Shown piece by piece: positions 20,202-30,491 of a stretch of DNA of 64,000 bases. This DNA is from a virus. The notes beneath the pieces were generated by a model. It was given only the letters and a program-made list of their open reading frames with translations. It did no database searches and had not been told where the DNA came from. Both the position numbers and the translations under genes were made by a program. Each line of letters starts with the position of its first letter. Positions within the stretch are counted from its first letter, which is position 1. The stretch spans positions 77,394 to 141,393 of IMG/VR virus record IMGVR_UViG_3300048694_000674; one strand, written 5' to 3'.

Positions 20202-21929
20202 ATGGCAGAATTATTTGGATTCGAATTCAAAAGAAAAGTAACAGTAGATAAACAACAGCCTTCTTTTACACCAAAAGATACTGATGATGGTGCAGTTGTT
20301 GTTGCTGCTGGTGGTTCTTTTGGAACGTATGTTGATCTTGATGGTACAGTAAGAACAGAAGCAGAGTTAGTAACAAAGTATCGTGAAATGGCATTGCAGC
20401 CTGAATGCGATTCAGCTGTTGATGAAATTATCAATGAATCAATGTCTATTGATGAAGAAGAGATTGTAAAGATTAATCTCGATCAATTAGAAGTTACCGA
20501 AACAATCAAAAAAGCTATTCGCGATGAGTTCAATAATGTACTAAACATTCTTGATTTCAATCGTCATGCATATGAAATATATCGCCGTTGGTATGTTGAT
20601 GGTCGTCTTTATTACCATGTTGTTATTGATGACAAAGATCCAAAGGCAGGTATCAAAGAAGTCAGATATATTGACCCACGCAAAATTCGTAAAATTCGTG
20701 AAGTCTCTAAGAAAAGAGCAATTGGTGGCGAAACTAATGAAGCTGTCATCACTAAGGTTCAGAACGAATATTACATTTACAATGACAAAGGTTTCAACTA
20801 TGGCAACAAATCAGTAGGTCCAACTACCACTGGTTTACGTATTGCCAAAGATTCTATTCTTCATATTACATCTGGTTTGACAGACACAAATGGTACGATG
20901 GTTCTGTCATATCTTCACAAATCAATCAAAGCATTAAATCAGCTGCGCACTCTTGAGGATGCATTAGTTATTTATCGTCTTGCTCGTGCGCCAGAACGTC
21001 GTATTTGGTATATTGATGTTGGCAATCTCCCAAAGATCAAAGCTGAACAGTATGTTCGTGATATTATGGTCAAACACAAAAATCGTTTGATCTATGATGC
21101 TGAAAGTGGAAATATCAGAGACGATCGCAAATTTATGACTATGCTCGAAGACTACTGGCTACCAAGACGTGATGGTGGTAAGGGTACAGAAGTTACAACA
21201 CTTCCTGGCGGTCAAACACTCGGACAGATGGACGATGTTCTTTATTTCCAGAAAAAGTTTTTCCAAACACTCAATGTGCCTGTTAACAGACTTAATTCAG
21301 ATGCATTGTTTTCATTAGGTCGTGCAACAGAAGTTACTCGTGATGAATTGAAGTTTTCTAAGTTTATCTCGAGACTCCGTGGTAAGTTTGCTTATCTGTT
21401 TGTCAAAATGCTTGAGAAGCAATTGGTATTGAAGCAGGTAATGACAATCGAAGACTTCGAGAACATTTCACCTGATCTCAAGTTTGACTTCTCTAAGGAT
21501 AATTACTTCACTGAATTAAAAGACGGTGAAATTATCGAGAACAGAATTAATCTTGCTCGTAATCTACAGGATATGGTTGGTAAGTATTATTCGAATGAGT
21601 GGCTCCGTAAAAACATTCTTCAACAATCAGAAGATGATATCGAAGAGATGGATGAACAAATCGAAGAAGAAGCAAACTCTGGCGATCCTCGTTGGTTGAA
21701 TCCTCAGTTGCAACAAAACGAAATGATGCAACAACAAATGGGTGAAACAGAACAACAGGCATTAGCTTCTGATGAAGATACTGATGCTACCCCAGCCACT
21801 GATGAGAAAAACAAAAAGATTCAGAATGCAAAAGCTCAGTATGATCTGCTTTCTCAAAAGAAAAACAGAACACTAGCTGATGAAGCTAAATTAAAATCAG
21901 CTACTCAAATATTAGCTCGAAATAAATAA
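20202..21929 (+). CDS. gp20: Portal protein gp20
   Basis: RRWYVDGR, IYRLARAPERR, EDYWLPRR.GG.GTEVTTLPGG. Confidence 0.97.
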   Translation: MAELFGFEFKRKVTVDKQQPSFTPKDTDDGAVVVAAGGSFGTYVDLDGTVRTEAELVTKYREMALQPECDSAVDEIINESMSIDEEEIVKINLDQLEVTETIKKAIRDEFNNVLNILDFNRHAYEIYRRWYVDGRLYYHVVIDDKDPKAGIKEVRYIDPRKIRKIREVSKKRAIGGETNEAVITKVQNEYYIYNDKGFNYGNKSVGPTTTGLRIAKDSILHITSGLTDTNGTMVLSYLHKSIKALNQLRTLEDALVIYRLARAPERRIWYIDVGNLPKIKAEQYVRDIMVKHKNRLIYDAESGNIRDDRKFMTMLEDYWLPRRDGGKGTEVTTLPGGQTLGQMDDVLYFQKKFFQTLNVPVNRLNSDALFSLGRATEVTRDELKFSKFISRLRGKFAYLFVKMLEKQLVLKQVMTIEDFENISPDLKFDFSKDNYFTELKDGEIIENRINLARNLQDMVGKYYSNEWLRKNILQQSEDDIEEMDEQIEEEANSGDPRWLNPQLQQNEMMQQQMGETEQQALASDEDTDATPATDEKNKKIQNAKAQYDLLSQKKNRTLADEAKLKSATQILARNK

Positions 21930-21942
21930 TTGGAGATGAAAA

Positions 21943-22197
21943 ATGGATGATAATGTAACTGTACAGGATTTGATTTACCATTCTTATGAACAAAAGCCTA
22001 TTGAGTTTCAAAACACATTTAATACATTAATGTCTGACAAAATTACTGCTGCTATTAATGATAGAAAAATGGAAGTAGCTCAGACAATGTTTAGAGACCA
22101 ACAGGAATATGAAGAAGAAGATCAAGAGGAACAACCTGATACGGAAATAGAATCAGAAACGGATCAAGAGGAAACATCAGATGGCGAAACTACTTAA
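21943..22197 (+). CDS. Acidic prohead core protein (gp67-like)
   Basis: Small, E/D-rich C-terminus, directly after portal gene. Confidence 0.6.
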   Translation: MDDNVTVQDLIYHSYEQKPIEFQNTFNTLMSDKITAAINDRKMEVAQTMFRDQQEYEEEDQEEQPDTEIESETDQEETSDGETT

Positions 22198-23605
22198 AGA
22201 TATTTTAAAACAAGCGCACGACACTATCAAGGGAGTTCGTCCATCCACTACTGTTGATGGCTCCATTGGTAAAGATCCTGGCGTTGATTACGATCCAAAA
22301 GCTGGTGACGAACAAGACTTTGTTGCCAAGCATTCCGTACAGAAATGGGATGACCCGAACGGTAATAGCACTGGCGTATTTACTTCTCAAAAGGGTGAAG
22401 CTCCTTACCAGAAGCAATCCAAAGGTGTTTACGAATCAAAAAAAGATGAGGACACCAAGTGTAATATGTCAGAAGCTGGCTCTTGGTGTCCAATGCACGA
22501 AATGGCTGACTGCTCAAAAATGACCAAGATTAATGAGATTTCAAAATCGACTCTTGGTTCATACATCAAAAAGTCTTCGCAGGATTTGAAAAATATTGAA
22601 GCTGGTCGCGAAAAGAATGCAGGTTATGCAGCGCATGTAAAAACAAATCGCATGCAAACTAATAGAACCAAAGGTATTAATAGAGCTGTAAATAAACTCG
22701 CAAAAGAAGAAGTTGAGCAGATTGATGAGCTTTCTTCTGCTACGTATAAATCTGCAATGCATAAAGCTTCCAACAGAGCTATGTGGGATCCCCAGGGACC
22801 AAAAGGACCAATGTATAAAAAATACAAAACAATGGCACAAAAGTTCCGTGATAAAGGAATGGACCAGGAAAAGAAAGAAAAGGCTTCTATGAAAGAAGAA
22901 GTCGAGCTCGATGAAGTATCAAAGGCAACACTTGGTTCTTATGTAAATAAAGCTGATGATTCTGTGAGAGCATTATCAAGAAAAACTGTTGTTGGTAATG
23001 CTTCACCAGAACAAAAAAAGAAATTCTATGACAATAATGATAGAAAAATCGATAAAAGATTTGATTCGATGGATTTAGCTATCAAAAAGTTATCAGGTAA
23101 AGCCAAAGTAAATGCAAAAGAAGAAGTCGAGCTCGATGAAGTAATTACAAAGAAAACATCAGCTGGCGAAGTTATTTCTGACTTCATTCATTCAAAGAAT
23201 CCTAAGTTTGCTGGTAAGTCAAAAGAAGAACGTAAGCGTATGGCTCTTGGTGCTTATTATTCAAAGCATCCAGAAAAGTCAAAGAGCGTTAAAGAAGATC
23301 TTGCTGTTCCTTTACTCGGTGGTGAACCACCACGTGGTCATTCAGATGAAGCTGCAGAGATGGTAAAGTCAGAGTTGAAAGCTCTTGCTAATAAAGCAAT
23401 GCATCTTATTTCTCAAATGCCAGACTCAATGCATGTCGAGCCATGGATTCAAGCTAAAATTGCACAAGCAAAAGAACATGTCTCAGCTGTTCACGATTAT
23501 ATGATCTATGGCGATCATGATAAGCAAGATGAAAAAGAGCAGATGGACACACCAATGACATTTCCAAATATGTCAGTAGATGTTAATACAGGAAGAAACG
23601 TATGA
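22181..23605 (+). CDS. Modular prohead core/internal head protein with repeated EEVELDE(V/I)S linkers
   Basis: Between gp20 and gp21; repeats INEISKSTLGSY, EEVEQIDELS, EEVELDEVSKATLGSY, EEVELDEVIT. Confidence 0.6.
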   Translation: MAKLLKDILKQAHDTIKGVRPSTTVDGSIGKDPGVDYDPKAGDEQDFVAKHSVQKWDDPNGNSTGVFTSQKGEAPYQKQSKGVYESKKDEDTKCNMSEAGSWCPMHEMADCSKMTKINEISKSTLGSYIKKSSQDLKNIEAGREKNAGYAAHVKTNRMQTNRTKGINRAVNKLAKEEVEQIDELSSATYKSAMHKASNRAMWDPQGPKGPMYKKYKTMAQKFRDKGMDQEKKEKASMKEEVELDEVSKATLGSYVNKADDSVRALSRKTVVGNASPEQKKKFYDNNDRKIDKRFDSMDLAIKKLSGKAKVNAKEEVELDEVITKKTSAGEVISDFIHSKNPKFAGKSKEERKRMALGAYYSKHPEKSKSVKEDLAVPLLGGEPPRGHSDEAAEMVKSELKALANKAMHLISQMPDSMHVEPWIQAKIAQAKEHVSAVHDYMIYGDHDKQDEKEQMDTPMTFPNMSVDVNTGRNV

Positions 23606-23850
23606 TTTACAAACTATTAGGCGATGAAGTCAATATTAATAGTACAGCTAATAATGTTGGTTCGAATAGACTGGTCCGTGTTGTAAATGCAGGAACTGGT
23701 AACACTGTTTTGCTTGTAAGATATGCAAATGGCACTCAATATGCTTCAACAACTGTTCTTGCTAATAGCGAAATAGTAATTCTTAAAGATTCAACAGATC
23801 TTATTATTGGCAGCAATATGTTTGCAACTGCCGTAGCTTATAAGGCATAA
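23602..23850 (+). CDS. Small conserved head-region protein
   Basis: 82-aa ORF between head genes. Confidence 0.55.
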   Translation: MIYKLLGDEVNINSTANNVGSNRLVRVVNAGTGNTVLLVRYANGTQYASTTVLANSEIVILKDSTDLIIGSNMFATAVAYKA

Positions 23851-23852
23851 AA

Positions 23853-24521
23853 ATGAAACTTATTACCGAACTTTTTGAAGACGTTCAATATATCGCCGAA
23901 GCAAAAGAAAACGGTGATAAGGAACACTTCATTGAAGGTGTATTCCTTCAGGCTAACCGTAAAAACCGTAACGGACGTGTGTATCCATTGAACATAATGG
24001 AAGGCGAAGTTAATCGTTATATGGATGAGGTTGTTAAACACAATCGCGGATATGGCGAACTTGGTCATCCACAAGGACCACAAATTAACCTCGACAGAGT
24101 ATCACATATTATTACAGAGCTTCGTCGTGATGGCGACAACTTCATTGGCAAGGCAAGACTTACCGATACTCCTATGGGCAATATCGCAAAGGGTCTTCTA
24201 AAGTCTGGTGCTAATCTTGGTGTTTCTTCTCGTGGTATGGGAACACTTACACCAAGCAAAGACGGATCAATGGTTGTTGGACCTGATTTTCGTCTTGCTA
24301 CTGCAGCAGATATCGTTGCTGATCCTTCCGCTCCAGATGCCTTTGTTAAGGGTATTATGGAAGGCGTAGAGTGGATTTATGATCCTGTCAAGGATTCATG
24401 GCATGAAGAAAAATTAGATAATATGAAAAAAGCTATGCATAAAATGACAATGGACCAGATTGAAGAAAGCAAATTTGCTATTTTCGAATCATATCTAACA
24501 TCTTTAATGACTAAAAAATAA
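23853..24521 (+). CDS. gp21: Prohead protease gp21
   Basis: MKLITE, NRNGRVYP, GELGHP, GVSSRGMG, DIVADPSAPDAFV. Confidence 0.97.
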   Translation: MKLITELFEDVQYIAEAKENGDKEHFIEGVFLQANRKNRNGRVYPLNIMEGEVNRYMDEVVKHNRGYGELGHPQGPQINLDRVSHIITELRRDGDNFIGKARLTDTPMGNIAKGLLKSGANLGVSSRGMGTLTPSKDGSMVVGPDFRLATAADIVADPSAPDAFVKGIMEGVEWIYDPVKDSWHEEKLDNMKKAMHKMTMDQIEESKFAIFESYLTSLMTKK

Positions 24522-24567
24522 TTTTTATAAATAATTGTAAATTATTCTAGGTATAGGAGACCTTTAA

Positions 24568-25608
24568 ATGACAGACCAAGTAGAAAACGTTGAAGCTATC
24601 GAAGAAGGCACACTAGCTGCTAGCTCTCTTCAACCAGCTTCCAAGCCAGTTGGATCAGATCCAAAATCACGTATCGAAATGATGCTTTCCGTTATCCGTG
24701 GTATTGACTCAATGCCAAAGAAAGATTTCGTAAAGTGGTTCGATCAACAGCAAGCTGTATTCGGTCCTGGTAAGGATTACGGCGTTGGCGATAAGTCAGC
24801 TGCAAATCAAGCTACTATCGACATGACAACTGGTAAGGGTCCAAAGACACGCGACGCAATGCCGAAGCTCAATGTTAAGGAAGACGTCGAAGAAATGTTC
24901 TCTGGTTCAGATCTTTCTGAAGAGTTCAAAGACAAGGCAGCAACACTTTTCGAAGCAGCCATATCTGCTCGCATTATTGCTGAACAGGCTCGTCTCGATG
25001 AAGAAATGGAAGTAAAGCTACAGGAAGCCATTTCTGAAATCAATGAAGAATTAACAACAAAAGTTGATTCATATCTCGACTATGTTGTCGAGCAATGGTT
25101 AGAAGATAATGCCGTTGCTATTGAATCAACACTACGTAACGAAATTATGGAAGAATTCATGGATGGTCTAAAGGGACTATTCGCAGAGCATTACATCGAC
25201 GTTCCACAGGAAAAGGTTGATGTTATTGAATCACTTGCTTCTAAGATCGAAGAGCTCGAAGGAAAGCTCGACGAACAGATCACAGAAAACACTGAAATCA
25301 AGCGTTCTCTTGTTGATTCTGAAAAGAAGGAAGTATTCGAGTCATTCCTTGATGATCTTGCACTAACACAGCAAGAAAAGTTCAAAGCATTGGCAGAAGG
25401 CGTTGACTTTGATGGCGACATTGAAGTTTATGCAAAGAAGCTAGCTATCATTAAGGAAAACTATTTTGCTACAGAGAAGAAGGCTCCAGGGTCAACTAAT
25501 ATTGTTGAAGAAACCTTTGAAGCTGAGACAGATACAAAAAATGTATCCGTTAAAGACCCTGCAGTAAATCGCTACGTAGAAGCTATTTCAAGATCATTGA
25601 AAAAGTAA
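24568..25608 (+). CDS. gp22: Prohead core scaffold gp22
   Basis: LSEEFK.KAATLFEAA, VDSYLDYVVEQW, LF.EHYIDVP. Confidence 0.93.
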   Translation: MTDQVENVEAIEEGTLAASSLQPASKPVGSDPKSRIEMMLSVIRGIDSMPKKDFVKWFDQQQAVFGPGKDYGVGDKSAANQATIDMTTGKGPKTRDAMPKLNVKEDVEEMFSGSDLSEEFKDKAATLFEAAISARIIAEQARLDEEMEVKLQEAISEINEELTTKVDSYLDYVVEQWLEDNAVAIESTLRNEIMEEFMDGLKGLFAEHYIDVPQEKVDVIESLASKIEELEGKLDEQITENTEIKRSLVDSEKKEVFESFLDDLALTQQEKFKALAEGVDFDGDIEVYAKKLAIIKENYFATEKKAPGSTNIVEETFEAETDTKNVSVKDPAVNRYVEAISRSLKK

Positions 25609-25653
25609 CAATTATAAATATTTAACTAACCCAGTATAGAAAGGGAGACAAAA

Positions 25654-27057
25654 ATGTATCTAGCTGAGGAAATTCAAAACAAGTGGGCGCCAGTCCTTGA
25701 CCATGAAGGTCTTGGTGCTATTAAGGATCAAACTCGCCGTTCAGTAACTGCAGTTGTCCTAGAAAACACAGAGCGCGCACTTCGCGAAGCTGGTGCTCAT
25801 GGTTCATACCAGACTCTTACAGAATCACCAACAGCTGCTTCTGTAATTCCAGCTAACTTCATGGGCGGTTCAAGCTCAACAGCTGGTTCTGGTGGTATCG
25901 ATACATTCGATCCAGTATTGATTTCACTCGTTCGTCGTGCAATGCCAAACCTTATTGCCTATGACATCTGCGGCGTTCAGCCAATGACAGGTCCAACTGG
26001 TTTGATTTTCGCAATGCGTTCGAAGTATAACAACCAAGGTAACGGTACTTCTGCTTCATCTTACGGTGGATCACAGGACAACGAAACCTTCTACAACGAA
26101 GTTAATACTGCGTTCTCAACTGTCGTTGCTAACAAGACTGGTCTTGGTAACAACTTCACTGGTACAATTCCAGGCAATTCAAACACAACACCATTGACAT
26201 CTCTTTCGAACTATAATACTGGTTCTGCTATGGCAACAGCTCAGGCTGAAGCTCTTGGTACATACCAGAATTCAGACTTCGCTCAGATGGCATTCAGCAT
26301 TGAGAAGGTAACTGTAACTGCTCAGTCACGTGCTCTCAAGGCAGAATACTCAATGGAACTCGCTCAGGATCTTAAGGCTATCCATGGTCTTGATGCTGAA
26401 ACAGAACTTGCTAACATTCTTTCAGCTGAAATTCTTGCTGAAATTAATCGTGAAGTAGTTCGTACTATCAACATCACTGCTGTTCCAGGCGCTCAGGACA
26501 ATACAACTACTGCTGGTGTATTCGATCTTGACACTGACTCAAACGGTCGTTGGTCAGTTGAAAAGTTCAAGGGACTTATGTTCCAGCTAGAGCGTGAAGC
26601 TAACCAGATTGCTAAGCAAACCCGTAGAGGAAAGGGTAACATCGTTATCTGTTCTTCAGACGTTGCTTCTGCTCTTCAGATGGCTGGTGTTCTCGACTAC
26701 GCTCCTGCTCTCAACTCAAACAACCTACAAGTAGACGATACAGGTAACACTTTCGCTGGTGTTCTCAATGGTCGCCTTCGTGTTTACATCGACCCATACG
26801 CAATCGGTGGTAACTATCTAACTGTTGGCTATAAGGGTTCTTCAGCATTCGATGCTGGTCTCTTCTATTGCCCATATGTTCCACTCCAAATGGTTCGTGC
26901 AGTTGATCAGTCAAGCTTCCAACCAAAGATCGGCTTTAAGACTCGTTACGGAATGGTCGCAAACCCATTCGCTGAAGGTCTTAACAAGGGATCTGGTGAG
27001 CTTGTTCTTTCAACAAACAAGTACTATCGTCGCGTTATCGTCAATAATTTGATGTGA
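25654..27057 (+). CDS. gp23: Major capsid protein gp23
   Basis: KWAPVLDH, LISLVRRAMPNLIAYDICGVQPMTGPTGLIFAMRS, FQPKIGFKTRYG. Confidence 0.98.
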   Translation: MYLAEEIQNKWAPVLDHEGLGAIKDQTRRSVTAVVLENTERALREAGAHGSYQTLTESPTAASVIPANFMGGSSSTAGSGGIDTFDPVLISLVRRAMPNLIAYDICGVQPMTGPTGLIFAMRSKYNNQGNGTSASSYGGSQDNETFYNEVNTAFSTVVANKTGLGNNFTGTIPGNSNTTPLTSLSNYNTGSAMATAQAEALGTYQNSDFAQMAFSIEKVTVTAQSRALKAEYSMELAQDLKAIHGLDAETELANILSAEILAEINREVVRTINITAVPGAQDNTTTAGVFDLDTDSNGRWSVEKFKGLMFQLEREANQIAKQTRRGKGNIVICSSDVASALQMAGVLDYAPALNSNNLQVDDTGNTFAGVLNGRLRVYIDPYAIGGNYLTVGYKGSSAFDAGLFYCPYVPLQMVRAVDQSSFQPKIGFKTRYGMVANPFAEGLNKGSGELVLSTNKYYRRVIVNNLM

Positions 27058-27092
27058 CGGGCTACTTTTCGCCTTATTTGGTGAATAAATAT

Positions 27093-27119
27093 ACCAGGGG
27101 CTTCGGTCCCTGGTTTTTT
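27093..27119 (+). terminator. Intrinsic terminator after gp23
   Basis: ACCAGGG-gcttcggt-CCCTGGT followed by T run. Confidence 0.75.
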
Positions 27120-27177
27120 ATTGTCCGTCGCGGAGTACCATTCCCACGGACTCTATATCTTATAAGGAGATACAGCG

Positions 27178-27876
27178 ATGTCAAAAGAAAAATACGGTTT
27201 CGTTTATTTATGGTATGATCGCAAACATAAACGATATTATGTTGGTTGTCATTGGGGAACTATTAATGATGGTTACATTTGTTCTTCTGATTGGATGAGA
27301 AAATCTTATAAAAGAAGACCAGAAGATTTTAAACGTAAAATTTTAAAAACAAATTTATCTCGAATTGATATGTATGAAGAAGAACAACGATATTTAAATA
27401 TGATAAAACCTGAAGAAAGAAAAATACGATATTATAATCTTCACATAAAAAATGGCAACCTTTGGCACAAATACCCAGAATCAGTAAAAACTGTTGGTCA
27501 AAAAATATCATATTCAAAAACTGGCAAAAGTGTGGCTGTTCCTGCGGATAGAGGCGCTAAAATATCTGCATCAAAAAAGGGTAAACCACTCACAGAAAAA
27601 CATAAAATAGCTCTGCGAGGAATAAAAAAGAAACCACACACAGATGAATGGAAACAACAAAATTCTATTAGAATGAAGGAACAATGGTCTGATGGTTCAA
27701 GAAAAAGAGCAGAACCAAAGAAAACTATGAGCCGAGAAGATCAAGATAAATTGTGTTCAGAACAACTGAAAAATAGATGGTCTGATCCAGAATGGGCTAT
27801 GAAACAAAAAGAGGCTTTGAAAACTGCTTGGGCTAAAAGGAAAGAAAAACTAAATAGTTATGAATTGGCTCATTGA
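27178..27876 (+). mobile_element. GIY-YIG homing endonuclease with NUMOD-like repeats
   Basis: GFVYLW......YYVGCH.G...DGYICSS, YYNL; KIS.SK.GK repeats. Confidence 0.85.
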
Positions 27877-27915
27877 AGGCTAAGATGAACAAGACGGTTT
27901 CAAGCCGCAAACTAG

Positions 27916-27943
27916 AGGGGAGCCGAAGCTCCCCTTTCTTTTT
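27916..27943 (+). terminator. Intrinsic terminator
   Basis: AGGGGAGC-cgaa-GCTCCCCT-TTCTTTTT. Confidence 0.75.
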
Positions 27944-28023
27944 GCTTGACAAATTTGTAAATTACCAGTATAATCATATTGTGGGCATGATAATAAATAG
28001 ATAAAGGTAATTGGAGAATATAA

Positions 28024-28548
28024 ATGACTGCTATTGACAATACGCCTGAGAATAAGAATTTTCTTAGCCCACTTAATTTCAGATTCTCTATCAAGAGAGC
28101 ACCACATGTTAACTTTTTCTTACAGAAGGTTAACATCCCCGAAATATCATTACCAGAAATTGAGATACCTACTCAGTTTGTTCCTATTCCAACTCAGTAC
28201 ACTCACTTACAGTATGGTAAGTTTGCAATAACATTCAAAGTTGATGAAGACTTTCAGAATTATCTCGAGCTGCATAATTGGATTAGAGCTCTTGGTTTCC
28301 CAACAGACTATAATGAATACAAGTCTATTGCTGATATTCCAGAGTATACAGGCGAAGGTATTAGATCAGATATCTCTCTGATTGCTCTAAACTCAGCCAA
28401 GAATCCAAACTATGAATTTACATTCATCGATGCATTCCCAATATCTCTTGGTGATATTGTTTTTGATACAACTGACACAGACGTTCAGTATATAACAACG
28501 ACAGCTGAATTTATCTATACATACTACAATATCACTAAAATTACTTGA
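28024..28548 (+). CDS. gp3: Tail tube terminator/completion protein gp3
   Basis: NFLSP.NF.F, F.VDEDFQNYLELHNW, DAFPISL. Confidence 0.9.
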   Translation: MTAIDNTPENKNFLSPLNFRFSIKRAPHVNFFLQKVNIPEISLPEIEIPTQFVPIPTQYTHLQYGKFAITFKVDEDFQNYLELHNWIRALGFPTDYNEYKSIADIPEYTGEGIRSDISLIALNSAKNPNYEFTFIDAFPISLGDIVFDTTDTDVQYITTTAEFIYTYYNITKIT

Positions 28549-28603
28549 CTTTTTCTGAAAAGTATAGTATTATATAATATGATTGGTTTGAGGATACTAT
28601 ATT

Positions 28604-29038
28604 ATGTTGTTAGAAGCCATTTATGATGAATGGAAAAAAGATTCAGAAATAGACAAGACAGAACTTGGGGATGAGTCGATTGCCATACCTAAGTTACATC
28701 ACAAGTATTATCAGATATTCACAGCTGAAAGATTACAGCTTCGTAAGCTTGAAGCACAGATGAAAACATTGAAGCTGCAGAAGTATGAGTTCTATACACA
28801 GGGTCCGTCAAAAGAAACACAGGATAAAGGTTGGGAGCTTCCAGGTAAAGGTATGATTCTAAAACAAGAAATGCCTATGTATCTGGAAGGCGATAAAGAT
28901 ATTATCGAGTTATCATTAAAGATTGGATATCAACAAGAGAAGTGTGAATTACTTGAATCAATTATCAAGAGTCTTACCAACAGAGGCTTCCAGATAAAAG
29001 CAGCAATTGATTTCATGAGATTTACGATGGGAGCATAA
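28604..29038 (+). CDS. uvsY: Recombination mediator UvsY
   Basis: W.KDS.ID...L..ES..IPKLHHKY, RGFQIKAAI. Confidence 0.9.
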   Translation: MLLEAIYDEWKKDSEIDKTELGDESIAIPKLHHKYYQIFTAERLQLRKLEAQMKTLKLQKYEFYTQGPSKETQDKGWELPGKGMILKQEMPMYLEGDKDIIELSLKIGYQQEKCELLESIIKSLTNRGFQIKAAIDFMRFTMGA

Positions 29039-30489
29039 TGGATATAATTGAGATAATCAAAGTAGATGAAACATACAATAAGATAAAATGTGATCCTGGT
29101 ATTGCTTTTGAATTGAATGATCATTTTACATTCGAAGTTCCTGGCGCTAAATTTATGCCTGCAGTTAGGAACAAATTTTGGGATGGAAAAATTAGATTGT
29201 TCAATGCATTGACATGTCACATCTATGCTGGTCTCAATAAGTATATCGAAGAGTTTGCTCAAAAAAGAAATTACAAAGTTGAATACAATTACGATATCTC
29301 AGCTGAAGAGTTTTCCGTCAAAGAAGCCAATGACTTTGTTGACTCGCTGAATATTCCATCGAAGTTTGAACGTCGAGATTATCAAATTGATGCCTTTGTT
29401 TATGCTATCCGCAACAGACGAGCAATGATGCTTTCTCCAACAGCATCTGGTAAGTCGTTCATCATCTATCTAATTACGAGGTATTACAATGCCCGCACTC
29501 TTATTATCGTTCCAACTACTTCTTTGGTTAGTCAGCTTGCTTCTGATTTTGCCGATTACGGTTTTGCTTCTGATAAGTTCGTCCATAGAATCTTCTCAGG
29601 ACAGGATAAACAAACGTCTAAACCAATTACAATCTCAACATGGCAGTCGATTTACAAACTGGATAAAAAATACTTCGAACAATTTGATGTGGTCATAGGA
29701 GATGAAGCACACTTATTCAAAGCTAAATCTCTTACGAGTATTATGTCTAAGCTGGGCAGCTGTCCACATCGGTTTGGTTTCACTGGTACTCTTGATGGAA
29801 CTCAAACACATAAGCTCGTCCTCGAAGGTTTGTTCGGTTTGGTGCGAAAGGTTACAACAACATCTGAATTAATTGAACAAAAGCATCTTGCCAACTTTAT
29901 GATCAAGGCTATTGTTCTCAAGTATTCAGATGAAATAAAGAAACAGATATCTAAATACGATTATCAGGCAGAACTAGACTTCCTGGTAAGGAATACAGCA
30001 AGAAACAATTTCATAAAGAATCTTGCTCTGTCGCTAAAAGGTAATACGCTTATACTATTTCAATTTGTCGAAAAACACGGCGATGTTTTACATGACATGA
30101 TAAAGAATGCTACTGATCAGCCTGTTTATTATGTCTATGGTGGAGTTGATGGAGAGGAACGTGAACAAATTCGTAAGATTGTGGAGGAGCAACAAAACGC
30201 TATTATCGTCGCTAGCTCAGGAACTTTCTCCACAGGTGTTAACATTCGCAACCTGCATAACGTTATATTTGCTAGTCCTTCAAAATCCAAAATACGAAAT
30301 CTTCAGTCAATTGGTCGCGGACTACGTAAATCAGACAGTAAAGACAGCGCTACTCTATATGACATCGCTGACGATATGACATGGAAAAATAGAAAGAATT
30401 ATACTATACTACATTTTATGGAACGTATGAGAATATATAATGAAGAGAAATTTGACTACAAAATTTACCCAGTAAATCTAAAGGCATAA
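29038..30489 (+). CDS. uvsW: SF2 helicase UvsW
   Basis: WDGKIRLF, SPTASGKS, DEAH, QSIGRGLR. Confidence 0.96.
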   Translation: MDIIEIIKVDETYNKIKCDPGIAFELNDHFTFEVPGAKFMPAVRNKFWDGKIRLFNALTCHIYAGLNKYIEEFAQKRNYKVEYNYDISAEEFSVKEANDFVDSLNIPSKFERRDYQIDAFVYAIRNRRAMMLSPTASGKSFIIYLITRYYNARTLIIVPTTSLVSQLASDFADYGFASDKFVHRIFSGQDKQTSKPITISTWQSIYKLDKKYFEQFDVVIGDEAHLFKAKSLTSIMSKLGSCPHRFGFTGTLDGTQTHKLVLEGLFGLVRKVTTTSELIEQKHLANFMIKAIVLKYSDEIKKQISKYDYQAELDFLVRNTARNNFIKNLALSLKGNTLILFQFVEKHGDVLHDMIKNATDQPVYYVYGGVDGEEREQIRKIVEEQQNAIIVASSGTFSTGVNIRNLHNVIFASPSKSKIRNLQSIGRGLRKSDSKDSATLYDIADDMTWKNRKNYTILHFMERMRIYNEEKFDYKIYPVNLKA

Positions 30490-30491
30490 TA

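Larger units (their letters stand above)
8615..25620 (+). promoter_or_regulatory. T4-type late promoters TATAAATA at 8615, 12098, 17053, 24526, 25613 (also 45329, 46142, 48397)
   Basis: Exact gp55 consensus upstream of structural genes; AATAAATA variants precede 4779, 6061, gp19 and gp3. Confidence 0.85.
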
